From Vitrella brassicaformis CCMP3155 (Eukaryota; Protista; Chromerida), in assembly GCA_001179505.1 (NCBI GenBank), contig CDMY01000553.1:124001-188000 (forward strand): 64,000 nucleotides of DNA, written 5' to 3'. Every line of letters begins with the position of its first letter. Position 1 is the stretch's first letter. Below are positions 24,262 through 36,764 of the stretch, piece by piece. Position numbers and translations under genes: made by a program. The notes below the pieces were generated by a model, which searched no databases, had not been told where the DNA came from, and saw nothing but the letters and a program-made list of their open reading frames with translations.

Positions 24262-25472
24262 TCACCAGCTCAAGAAGCTCTTGCTCAACTTGTGATAGTT
24301 GACCCCGAAGTATGAGAAGAATCTGGGCCAGTCTCTCTCTGGGTTCGTGACTAACATTGTCCTCAGTTTGATCCGCATCTCCGCCTCCCTGACCTCTTGC
24401 GGTGTCATCCTGTCCTTCTGAATGGTTGCAGCCGACGCGTTGTACCTACATGTGCACAGGACAAGAGACAGACAGACAGACAGATAGACAGACAGGGAAT
24501 GTGAGCCCCGCTTCCGCGTGTGTATGAGCCATGCCTTGCCTGTGCCATGAGACGAGGAAGTCTCCGCCTTGTAGGTAGTTCACAAAGAGCCCACAGCCAA
24601 GCATGCCGGGCACCAGAGAATACTTTGAACCTTCGATGTTGGCCTTGAGAACGATGCGGTCGATGCCTCCCCTGGTCACCCGAGGGATGAAGTCGCACAG
24701 GTCGATGTTCTTGACATCTTCACAGGTGACATCCTTGCCGCCATTCAGCCTCTTGTCTGGCTCGATGCTGCTCCCGACACTCATATCCTTAATGACAAAG
24801 AGAGAGAGGCATCCATGTGTCGATAGATATCGGCCCACCTCGTAGCTGCCTTGCCAGAAGCCCTTCTCACGAAACGGCTCCGAGCAGAACCGAATGGTTC
24901 GTCGAGCGTCAAAAGCAGTAACAGCAGCAGGACAGAAGACCTCTATTTGGCCGCAGGCGCCCTCCAGCTGCTTGGCCACTTTCTGCAGAGGGCCACACAG
25001 CTCCCGGTTCCCTTCGAAGGCGTAGACGGTAACCTTCTTGTCGAAGCCCTTTTTGCCGACCAGACTTCGATAGAGACTCTGTAGTATGCGGGGCGAGTGT
25101 CTGGTCTTTCGTGAGAGCCTCTTCCTGATGTTGGCGGGGATCGGCGCCTCCTTTCCGCACTGAAAACACAAACGAGAAGCATCAATGAGAGAGGGCAGCG
25201 CATAGAGAAGGAGTGCTGACCATGTATGGAAAGCTGTCTCCTATGTTCGCTCCTAAGTCGAAGAACAGCACGCGGGGCGGGCCGCCCCTGACCGCTGAGC
25301 TCTTCTGCACTGAAGATCTCGGCGTGGCGGTCCGTTCCTCCTCCGTGTGGTGGCCCTGGTGTTGTGGGCGGCAGTCAAAAAGGCTTCTCCAGTTGCTGCG
25401 AACGGTGAATAGGGCAACAAGCGACGCGACCAGCACGCCCCCGAACGCGAGAGCACTTGCGAAGCCCGGCAT
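24262..25472 (-). CDS. FkbM-family SAM-dependent methyltransferase with an N-terminal membrane anchor; multi-exon
   Basis: N-terminal hydrophobic ALAFGGVLVASLVALFTV; SAM motif VLFFDLGANIGDS; VYAFEGN; IDLCDFI..RIVLKANIEGSKY; FLVSWH. Last exon YNASAA..KSFLSW*. Confidence 0.8.
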
Positions 25473-25853
25473 TGGCAGGCGAATATCTTTACATTCACGT
25501 GTAAACACAGCGAGGGCGCGTATGGGCTCGCTGGCGTGGGGACATATCTCGATCACCATCAGCGACACACAATTAAAGCCAGCTCCGCATTGCTGGGCGC
25601 TGGTCACACACATGTCACACATCTAGTCTACACACACCTCACATGACATAGACGATAAATACTTGTTCTTTCTCACACCACTCACTCGCCCGCACGCGCG
25701 ACCTCACAACACGCACAACACAAAAAAATGCACATCGCATCAGTAATGGTCACGTGGTGGGGCACATCAGTCGATTGTTTCGCAAATGTCATCCACCCAT
25801 CGTGCAGAAGCTAAGCGCGTTTCGCATCTCCTCACGAACGAATATCGATCACT

Positions 25854-28411
25854 TCACTTCCTCTCGACGTGGTTGTAGTCGGTGTAGACCCAGCGCCTCT
25901 CCAGCCCATACAGCCGATACGCTCCATAGCCACACACAAGAGACAGTACCAGGGGGATGCGCCACAGCGCAGCCCCGCCCATGGTGGACATCAGGAAGCG
26001 GCTCAGCAGGCCGCCGGGGGGAAAGAGGAAAGCCATGGCCGCCACTGACGTGAGGGCATCGAGACCAAGACCGATCGACAAGACGGTGGTGAGGTAGCGG
26101 AGGACCCTGGTGATGGCATACCTGCAGCCGTGAAGACACTGCCGTGTGTGTATGTGATGGGACTCCGTGTCTCTGTCTGTCTGTCTGTCTGTCTGTCTGC
26201 GGTGACTTACGCTTTCCTGCAATGGGGCAGTATTTGGTGTGAGACTCCCACCGGTCGAAGAGCTTCCTCCGGTCGGTCATGAGAGGCCCCAGCTGCCCGG
26301 TGCTGCCCTTCCATAAGGGCTTCCCTCCGGCGTGATTCATCAGCCACCGACGGAAGGACCTCACCGCCGTGTCGGCGGCAGCCGGCATGTAATAGGCCCG
26401 GTCAAATTTCTCGAGACCTGTACACACACATGCATGCTGTCATGTCAACCAACGCATGAAGCTTGGTGGGATGGGATTTGGCGGCCGTTCGCCATGCATC
26501 AGATCAGCTGACCGTCTTGGTGTTCCCTCAGCCTGCGTTCCTGGTAGTGGACATGCATATTGTCTCCGTCTGTGACAGCAAGACTCTCCAGGTGGTCATC
26601 CCATCGCAGCGGAGACGTTCTGCAAACACACACCCACACATGGCACACACACACACATACACACACACACACACATGACACATACATTCACTGAGCGTCG
26701 CTGACGTAGACATGCTCTCACACACATCGGCCGCTTGCGAAAGGGCACCGTTGCGGGGAAGCGCGTGAACAGATAACTCTCCCCTGGGGCGGACGGCACA
26801 GCGTATGCCACCAGATAAAACCTGTGCCCGTCAAGCTTGCCGCTTCTAAGGGGCTTGGTGATCTTCGGAGCCATGCCGATCTTGGACAACAACCTGGCAA
26901 TGGGAATGGGAGGAGCACGATGCAGTGCGGGTGTGTGCAGCAAGGGAATCGGCTGACTTGATGATGGGCTTCTGCTTCAGCCTTTCGACAACCGGTGACA
27001 GATCAAACTCGTAGTACAAGAGGCAAGGGGGCATGAACCTGATGCGCGTCGTGAGGCCGGCGCCTCCGAGATCTTGTAGGGATGTGACGACGAAGCCGTC
27101 GCCGGTCAGATTGTCCAGCTTCATTGCAATCGGCCCGGCTTGGTCACGGTTGCCCTGGCGCAAGGATTACACGCAAACACTTACCTGACTCTTCTCAGTA
27201 TGGCTGGCTGGTCCGACGTACCTGTATCCCGTGATGGGCGAATGGCACGTGCGATGGGTCGCCAACATCTTCAACCTGCAGCCATTGACACAAGCATGCA
27301 CGACCCACACGAGCCTCAGGTGGCTGCCTGGCGTGTGAGTGTGTTGGTTGTGATGTCTGTGGGTCTCTCACAAGTGTGTCATAGTTGTAGTGCAAGACCC
27401 GAAAGAAGAGGCCGTCGTCTTTTCTGTTGATCAGCTCGGGCACTGCATCCAGCTCAGCCACTGTCGCCGGCTCTACCTCTGTAGAAGCTGCCCAACCCTC
27501 CCTCGTGCTGCAGACACACCAACATGCATACATACATGTCTGCGGGCTCCGATGTGCCCACCCCACCTGTCAGGGAATATCCAGACGAGTGAGTCGGCCT
27601 CCTTGCACGGCACTGTCTGGAGGCACGCCCGCTTGTTCTTCCTGGCGGCCTTCTGCGCCTTGGCCTCAACTTGAGGGATCTTCGTGCACGCTCCTGTCCC
27701 ATCGAACTCCCAGCCATGGTAGGTGCAGTGCAGCTTGCCGTCTTCGCTGATGCGGCCCTCAGACAGCGGCGCCAGGCGGTGCGGGCAAGCGTCCTTAGCC
27801 GCGACGAACTTGTGCGTCGCCTCGTCCCACCACACCACGAAGTGCTCATTGAGCACGGTGAACTGCCGCGGTTGCTTCTTGTCCAGATCACTTGCAATCG
27901 CCACGGGATACTGCACAAGACAAGACAAGACAAGACAAGAAGGCAGCGGTCGATTGTGTGTGTGAGCGGGAGCCTGTGTGGCTCATTCGTCTGCCTACCC
28001 ACTGTCGCCACCAATCGAAGGTGCCGCCATCCGCCTTGTCCGAAGCCTCAGACGCCTGCAAGGCATCAATGAGGCGTGCAAGAAGAGCGGCCGCGTGGTT
28101 CATCCAGCCTGAGGACGGATCATTGCTCACCGCTGGTGTGAATGACAGCTCGATGCTCTCTGACCGAGGCGGCGTTATCTTGGCTGGCGGCGATGGTACG
28201 GTCAGCACTGCAGATGGCAGCGCAGTGCGACGCACCGACCTCTTTCCCGAGCTGCCAAACAGCTGGCCTGCAGTGAAGGCAACGAACATACAAACAAAAT
28301 GGCGATGGTTGCATCTGACCGACCTGGCTTGATTGCGTGATAAGCAAGACATCCTTGCAGAGCAAATGTCAAGAGTGCTGCGCTGCCGCAGACCACACGC
28401 TGCTCCTTCAT
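25854..28411 (-). CDS. Plastid-targeted Rieske non-heme iron oxygenase, pheophorbide a oxygenase / PTC52 / Tic55 family; apparent 1-nt frameshift near the 3' end
   Basis: Rieske motif DACPHRLAPLSEGRI..LHCTYHGWEFDGTGACTKIPQ; mononuclear iron motif EDVGDPSHVPFAHHG; F.PPC; Y.MP.AAD.AV..FRRWL; DRWESHTKYC; C-terminal hydrophobic helices. The N-terminus MKEQRVVCGSAALLTFALQGCLA followed by a Ser/Arg/Pro-rich stretch suggests a bipartite plastid presequence. Confidence 0.9.
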
Positions 28412-28627
28412 TTTGATTTTACAACGGGATTTCTAGCGAGGACGAGCTCCCAATGCACGTAGAAGCGGCCAGATCTCCGGAAAGAAGGAAGAACAGGTGA
28501 GAAGGGCTGCAGCGGTTTAGGGCTCTGTGAAACATTTTCCAGGGGGGGGGAGTGGGGGCGATTTCCTTTCCATCCCTTCCGCTGCGATGTTATGGACCGC
28601 TTTCTGAGGTTTTGAGGCGCTTCCGTA
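28412..28627. promoter_or_regulatory. Putative bidirectional promoter between the Rieske oxygenase and receptor-like genes
   Basis: Head-to-head ATGs at 28411 (-) and 28628 (+). Confidence 0.5.
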
Positions 28628-31600
28628 ATGGAGTCCGTACTGCATTTGTTCGTCGGCCTTGCAGCTGCCTGTCTGTGGCTTCCCTGGGCCGCGGCGCAGC
28701 AGGATGTGTGGCTCTTGAGTATCTGCTCGGGTGACGTGAAGGTCGGTGGACTGGGGAACAAATCCAAGCCGCTCGTCGACCTGGGTAAGTGGCACTAGCA
28801 AGGCAGGACCACCTCCGTTTGTCGCGTGTTCATTCCTGCATGCAGCTCTTTCTGAGATCAACAACCGCACCGACATTCTCAATGGCTATGAGCTCAAGGT
28901 TGAGCATGTCGGTGGAGTCGACAGACAGACAGACAGACAGACAGACATAACAGGTGGATTCTCAATGATCTGTGTCTGTGATGTCTGTGATGTCGCCTGT
29001 ATGTCTGTCTGTCTGTAGGTCGACTCCGATTGTGATCCAGGTCACATTATGATATAGAGCTACAGACAAAAGCACCCATTGTTCCTTGCAATGTGGGCTG
29101 TTGTGTCTGTGTGTTTCAGTGGAAGGCTCTTTCCGTGTTACCAAGGCTCTAAAGGAAGGTCCCCCGAAGGTGAGCAGCCACAGGCATGCTCAGTCACGCG
29201 CAAATACCCATCATTCTCTGTGCTGGGTGCTTGCATCTCAGGTAGGAATCATGGGCCCCTGCTACTCGCCCGTGTGCGAGGTCGTCAGCCCCGTTGCGCG
29301 GAGCTATAACCTAGTCATTAAAGTGAGACGAACATGGACCGTCTCTGGCGGTACGGCTGTATGTGTCTGTGTCTGTGGTCAGGCTGCTAGTTGTGTGATA
29401 GGTGAATTCAGGTGTGCACGATGGCCCAAGGGAGGCGCGGAGACGAGTTCCCAACACATACATGTTTGTGTGCGAGCTGTATGTGTGTGCTTTTGGTTCT
29501 AGCGATGAGGAGAAGTATCCATTGTTCACGCGCATCTTTCCCCCCACGGTACGCAATGGATTTGGTGGCTGACATCCGCCATATGCATCCCTTCGGCGTG
29601 CACCTGCAGGGAGAGATGGTTGTGTACGCAATGGTCCAGCTGGCCGGCATGTTTAAATGGGGACGCTTCACATTCGTGACGCAGGCAAAGCACCGGGCCA
29701 GGCAAGAACGTTTTACATGATTTGAATTCTGTTTGGTGTCTCAACTTGAAGGACATCGAGATATGTCTCTTGTTGGCCGGGGGAGTCCATCAGACCTTAG
29801 CTGCAACATTCCCAAATTTCGATCATGTCGCCACCCTACTCATGGCGGTATACAAGAGCAGAGGCCATCAACCACTTTGACAGTCGCCTTGTTTATCCCT
29901 CACACAGACGCACGATGACGCTTATAATGTTGTGGCAGAACTTCCTTCTTATCGGCCGCGTATCCTCGTGCTATCGGCCTACGAGGACTTTGCAGTCAAC
30001 TTCTTCTGCGCTTTGTACCAAGCTGGCATGTATGGCCCGTCAAGTAATCTGGTTATGCTCTCGCCCACACACTGGTGTGACGATGTAATACATGAGCGGC
30101 TTGGCAAGCTGGCGTTGAAGTCGAGCTATGTATGTATGCAGGTGGAACTCAAACTTTATCGAGGAGCTCGTAATGGTTACAACTGCACCGTTGCAGAAAT
30201 ACTTGAGGTAAGCACCGCCGTACAGGCAGGCAGGTCGAAAGGCATGGTCTCGATGCTAAAGGTGCGACAGCCAGCTGAATCCTTCTCTCACTTCGATGTT
30301 CGATTTGCAGGGTGCCAGCAATATCATAGGCATATCGATGGCCGGACGGCAGCCAAGCGACGACCCACATGGGCTTTCCGGACGAAAAATCAACGATGTA
30401 GTCAAGAAGGGGGGCATGCGCAACACAAATCGCCAGTGCATGGGAATCCTTGCATGCCCCTCTATACATCAGATAATGGCTGACTACCAAACAGCCTGCT
30501 CGGTCTCCACGGACGGCTGCCATGTTGGGGCAGGTGAACGGACATGATTCTTTCTGCAGTCATGACAATTCTATTTGGAGGTTACTCTTATGATCCTTCT
30601 GCAGGTTACTTTTATGATTCTGTCTGGTGAGCACTGCCTTCCTGTCGATCGTGCGCATCGACATACAGATGCCCTGATGCAGGTCGTGGGCGAAGGTGCT
30701 GGATGACTGGTTCCTTAGTGGAGGCTGAGAACGAATGCATGTCTCGTGCTGTAAGGACAGTATGGATGGTCTTTGTAGGACTCTTGCCGACCTTGAGAGC
30801 CCCAACAGCACAACTGCGGAGTGGATGTTTAATCAGACCATCAGTCAAGTGAACACATGGACGGATTTTCTCCCCAACCCTACGCGCACAGATGCGTTTG
30901 TGTGTTCAGTCCTTTTTGGGCACACCGGGCCTAATATCCTTTAAAGGGACGTCCCCCGGCCCTGGCGACGCCGTGGGCCAGCTAGACATCAAACAAACAA
31001 GGGTACCGTATCCCTTGTATAGCCGAGACGTGTTTCCTCTTGTTGTCATGTTCTATTTGTACCGTGTCGCTGCCTCTGTGCCTGCAGAATTCCAACGACT
31101 ATAGTCTAATTAGCAACTGGCTGCCTTCGACGGCAAGCTACAGGCAAGGTCGCTATGCACGAAAAAGCCCACTGGAAGAAGTTTCTTCCGGGCAGCTTTC
31201 GAAGCTACTTTGAGTGGAACGACGGCAGCACTTTCAATCCTTTGGCTAGCCCGCCAGGCACTGTGCCTGGAGACACGCCGCCAGAGTGCCCAGCTGGCAA
31301 TTACGTCAACGAAACGGTTCGGTTCGGTCGTCAGCGGAGGGACACTGCTGTCAAATTCACAAGCATTGGAAGCGTTGTCCCTGTGTGTCTGTGTGTCTCC
31401 GGCAGGGTGACTGCGTCGCTTGTCCGACTGGCTCGGCCAACAGCCAGCCTAACGTACGCTTGGAGTGTGTGACGTGTCGTCCTGGATTCTATCAGAATGA
31501 GACGGGCCAGGTGGAATGCGAAACCTGTCCGGTAAGCGCCCATTCATCCACTGGCGTCTCGGCATCCTGAACTGAGTGTCATGGTACGTGTGGCTCGACT

Positions 31601-34600
31601 GACCTATTCAGCTGGGGACATACTCTGGGGCTGCGGCCGAGACTTGTATTCCCTGTTCGCCAGGCTTCCACCAGGACTTGGCTGGTCAGAGCGAGTGCAA
31701 GGTCCGACATACCAACACGCACACGTGGCCGGCACGGGCCGTAAGTGCGACCCGTCTTGAACATTAGGCCTGCTCACCCGGCTCATTCACTGACACTCAA
31801 GGGAAGGTGCTTTGCGACCTGTGTCCGAAGGGCACCTTCACAGCTGAGCGGAACAGCAGTGTGTGCGAGGCATGCCCGCCGTACAAGGTATACACATTTC
31901 TCTCTTCATTCATCGAGACACAATGTGATGTGACGGCACTCTCACATTGTATTTGCAAAGACCACACTTGTGAGAGGCGAGATATCGGTGGACAAATGCA
32001 CGTGTGACGAGGGTTCCTATCTTGACGTCAAGAACGACCGATGCAAAGGCAAGCAGACGGCAATGTTGTCGTGCAATCTATGTATGTATGTGCCGGGTTG
32101 GTTGGTTGCTGGCTGCAGACTGCGACGAGTACCTTGAATGTCCCGGCTCGTCTGCATTGCCGAGAGTGAAGGAGAATTACTGGGCGGCCCTGGAGGATGA
32201 CGTTAGCGCCTTTTCAGCGTTGGATGTCTACGAATGCAGAGAGGCGGGAGCGTGCCTCGGTAAAAATCGCTGCAAAAGGATCGTTCGAGGCCGCCCTGCT
32301 TCCTTATTGATACGGCACGATGTGTGTATGCAGGTGGGTCACCCGACCCCTCCCTCGCCGACCAATTCCCCATGTGTGCTCCGGGCCGGGAGGGGATTGC
32401 ATGCAGCCTGTGCAGCGACGGGTACTACAAAGCCGGCAAAGACTGTGATCCGTGCGGCAGTGGTAATGCGGGCACTGCGCCGCTGATAGCGGCAGTCTTC
32501 CTTGTGTTCTTTGGGGCCCTCGTCTTCCACTTATTCGTAGACACAATTGCCCTCGCGATGTCTCCCTGATTGCTTTGTGGCTTATGAGTGCTGCCTTCTG
32601 GATGTTTGCAGGTCAATTCCCCTCTCACGCGGAAGCTTGCCGTCACTGTCAACATTTCGCTTACAGTGGGGATGATGATCAGCTGTAAGCTCCTCTAGAC
32701 ACTGAAGCAAGAAGCGCGGCTGCATTGGAAGTGTGGATTGCTGTCAGTCTTCCAGTCGCTGTCGATTGTCGGCACATACAAGATCGGCTTTCCCGACGAG
32801 ATTTCAGCAATTCGTAAGTCAGTCATGGGCACAGCCACCTGCAGCACGAAAAATACCCATCGCTCCTGTCTCACTTATGTGTATGCAGTAAAGTTTTCTC
32901 GCATCTTCTGTGAGCACCGCGCACTGCCGACAGCAGCGCCGAGAGGATGACATTGTGTCCACGCCATGAGTACGTGTTTGTGTGTCAGTGTTCGACGTCA
33001 AGTTCCTTCGCATTGGCTGCGTCCTCGGCAGCGACCCGTTGTCAGACTACGCAATCCGCCTGGCCATGGCACCCATGCTCGCAGCGGTGTTCCTGATCAA
33101 CTGTGGCATCGCCAAGCTTACATATCGATACCTCGTCGGTAGGGAGACATGAAATGCATCATGTTCATCTCTGAGAGGATGCATCGCTGCAGGTCCGATG
33201 ATCCTGAAAGACGCCGAAGGAGGGGGTGGCGAAGCCAAGCCCTGGCTAATTGATCGCTTCACCGGCCATCGTCAGGACAGCGACTCACCCGTGCCCAAAT
33301 CGCTGAAGAAATACTCCTTCATGACAGGTGCGCCAAAGGTAGCATCATGTGGTGTGAACCAGACACACTCACCATCGCCCTCGGCTGCAGGTGGAACCCT
33401 GGTTGAGGGCGTCGCAACTAAGGACGGTTCTTGTGAGATGGTGGCGGTGCAAGATATCAACGATGAAGACCAGCAAAACCACAACGTCGACAACGATGTT
33501 AAGAAGAGCGACGACACGGTGCCACAAGACGCGAACGAAGCCGATGATGCAAGACCCAGAAGAAAGAGCGTTGTATTCGGCCAGGCGAAAGGAGACAACG
33601 CAGGCAATCCAAAGGAAAGCCAACGCTCAGGAACAGACACAAAAAGCAGCCAGAAAAGCAGTCAGAAAAGCAGCCAGCAGCCGGGGTCAGACGGCGATGA
33701 CTTAAAGAAGAAGGACAAGCCGTGCAAAGACCAGCTCGGACGCGCGTCGATCGCGTCGATTCCGTGGCAGCAGTCGAAGGTAAGCGGCGTCATTCGTTGG
33801 GTGCGTGTGTCATCCGCTTACGTATTTCTTTCGACATGCAGTACGTGTTGGATCGGAAGAGGTACATGAGGTCGATCCTCGACTGGCGTACGTGGGCCAA
33901 GAGCGACGCCATGTCGCTCGACAAGACGCTCAACTCCATCGGCATGCTGACTGTGAGCACGCAGGATGAGTGGAAATACGAAGGCATTCGCATGCTGATT
34001 GCGTCCGTGTGCGTGTCTTCTGCTTGCCAGATGATTCTGTACATTTCCTTTGTGGCCAACGCCTGCCTGCCATTTCAATGTGTGTCGAACTCCAGCGGGC
34101 GCTCAACGATCCGAGAGTGAGCTAACCGGTGTGCGCATGACTGGTGATTGAACAAGTCATGGATCTCTGTGCAGGTACCCCTCCATAACTTGCGACTCTG
34201 ACGAATAAAGAACCGCCTTTATGCCACTGGGATTGCTGGGAATGCTCGTATACGTGGTATGCTAGCACGGAATATCACTGATTCGACTAACGTGCTTGTC
34301 GATCCCTCACCCCGTCTCACATGTTTCCATGCAGATTGGGCTCTTCTCCTTCTTCGCATATGCTAGTATCATCGCGCCGTGGCACTTCGCCAAGCCCAGC
34401 TACAGAACGAGATTCAGATTCCTGGTCTTCAGATTTAGGTGGGGAATTGTGTCTCCACGTCTCCCCAGCGTGTGCACTGCCTCTCTCTGCCTGCGTAAAG
34501 ACCGGATGTATATTGGTGGGGTGTGGTGCTGCTGGCTCGGAACGCTCTGCTGGCTACTGTTACCGTGATGGAGCCAGGCAAGTCACAGATACAAGCAAGT

Positions 34601-36764
34601 GTACACAGAATGGACACCTGCACACTGTGACTAGATGGGTTTGCCTGTTCTTGTGTGTCTGGCCAGATGACGGTGGGAGCTGTTCGAGTCGTCAGTATAC
34701 ACACACAAGCATCTTTGTACAGGCTAATGCGTGTGTCAGGCTTAATGCAAATCTTTGTCACGGTCCTGATCCTCCTCGTCTCCGCTTCTGCACAGGTACG
34801 TACACTGCTTGCCTGGTGAGCACCCTCCCAAAGTCTTGTCTGTCTGGACTTAATTAAGATATTCTGGTGGCCCTGGTCATCCGTCGCCAACAACTGTAAC
34901 CAAACACAGGAAGAGCCTCGCTTCCGCGTATGTGTGTTGCTGTGTGCAGTCCTGGATGTGTTTCTCCTTATGTGCCTGACTCTAATCTCCGTGGCCGGAT
35001 CCGTCTTCATCGAGAAAAACACAAATGAAAAGGTGCCAAGTGTCCCACACATTGATACATCCAAGTGTGAGGGTGGTGCAGTTCTTTTCCGGCGCGATAA
35101 TCTTCATCCTCTCGCTTTGCTTCTTCAGTGTCGTCCTGGGCGTTGTAATGATATTGCCTTTGTGCACGTCATTTGTCGCTCCACAAAACGGAGAGGTTCT
35201 CTGCGTGTTGTTCCTTTCTTTGCAGATCATTCCGTTCGCCTCACAATTCAGTGAAAAGTTCCAAAAGAACGAGGAGCGGAAGGTCCTTGGACTGGCCTTC
35301 GACTTCAGAATCGTGAGCGAGCCTAACCGCCAGACACGTCATGCATCGTTGTGGATCACAGCATGTCTCTCCATGTGTGTGTGTGTGTACCCAGGTGGGG
35401 ACTGCAGCCTCTCAGATGACGACCGAGGCAGTGATGGGTGAGCTCAATCAGGTGCCCGCAGTCGATCTGTACAAGCTCCGATCGTCCATCAACATGATCA
35501 AGGTGGGCTGATCGGCGACACATACATTGGCGCATTCATGAGTAGTGACTTTGGTGGAGTCTTTTTCTTGGTCGTAGATGGAGGTGATCCCTCACATCAG
35601 GTGAGAAATACGCGACTACGATCGCTGAAGTGGAGTGGTCTACCTCTACCGCAAGCCGCTCGTTGGTTCGCTGCCGTCAGGTACATAAGTGCCCTGAGAG
35701 GCGTGTTGAGCACTGAAGGTGAGTAGGGACCACTTCGATGCGGTTGATCGACTGATTCCCTGCCTTGTGTGCGTGAATGTTCTTCTTTAGGCTACCTCGA
35801 CGAGCGTCTCGACTCCCACGCATTTGGGAGGGACATGCCCACAGCAAAGTCAGCAGGCAGCAGAGAGGGCATGCTGTGTCTCAGTTTGTTCATAAGAAGC
35901 ACTGCGAGACCATGACATGGATTCTTGTCCAGGCGCCTCTCCTACCGAAATACAACAGTGCTGGAGGAGGATGCTGCCTCGGAGTACGAAGTCGATCAAG
36001 CTGTCGAGCACTTCAGGATGGTAAGACCGACAGAACAACACACAATACCTCCAATGCAGCCCGTCCACGTGTCTCTGCCCTCCTGGCATGGATGCAGAAG
36101 CGTGCGATGTCCGATCCCGAGCTCCACCTTGACGACGGACTCGGAGGGACTGTCGAGCAGGGCACTTCCATGTCTCCGGTCATCCAGAAGAAGCGCAGCG
36201 TGGATGACGGATCCCCTCGCAGCGTCACCTCCAAGCGCCCGTCGGTTGGGCAGATCCTCGCAGCCATCAACTCACCGCAGATGAATCAAGAGCGGCAAAA
36301 GAAAAGGCATTCTGTAACGAGGATGTCAAAGCTGATGTCTCTCGACGACAAGAAGGACCTGGCCATGGCATGGGTGAGCAAGAGAGACAGGCGAAATGGC
36401 CCACATGATGTCTCACCTTATTCGTCAGGCCAAGACAGAGCGAAATGTTGACGAGTGCGGGAAAGATGAGGTGCCTGACGATGATGAGCTTCCAATCGTT
36501 AAGCTGCCGCTGGGTAGGGTTGAAACATGGATCGCTTGATGGTGGCCTCTTGATCATGTGCTTTGTGGGGCCCAGGCAACATCGAGTTCGATGAAAAGGG
36601 GGTCGTTAAAGTTGCTACAGATATTCTGCGTGATCTGACCACAGAGGCAGACTCACCGCGGATGAGAACTCTCAAGGCATTCAGGTGCGCGGAATGTCAC
36701 GGGAACAGCTGTGCGTGCATCCGCTGTCTGTGCTACCAGGACGGAAATGGACCGCGACTTTTGA
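28628..36764 (+). CDS. Large receptor-like membrane protein: signal peptide, GABA-B-type Venus flytrap (ANF_receptor) domain, GCC2/GCC3 (ephrin-receptor-like) Cys repeats, multipass membrane region; many short exons, 3' end approximate
   Basis: MESVLHLFVGLAAACLWLPWAAA signal; PLVDLALSEINNRTDILNGYELKVEHVDSDCDP, IMGPCYSPVCEVVSPVARSYNLVI, SDEEKYPLFTRIFP and RPRILVLSAYEDFAVNFFCALYQAGMYG parallel GABBR1/2; repeats CPAGNY..CVACPTG, CRPGFYQNETGQVECETCP, CDLCPKGTF; CAPGREGIACSLCSDGYY; then several hydrophobic helices including YISFVANACLPFQC and RFRFLVFRFR. Confidence 0.82.
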
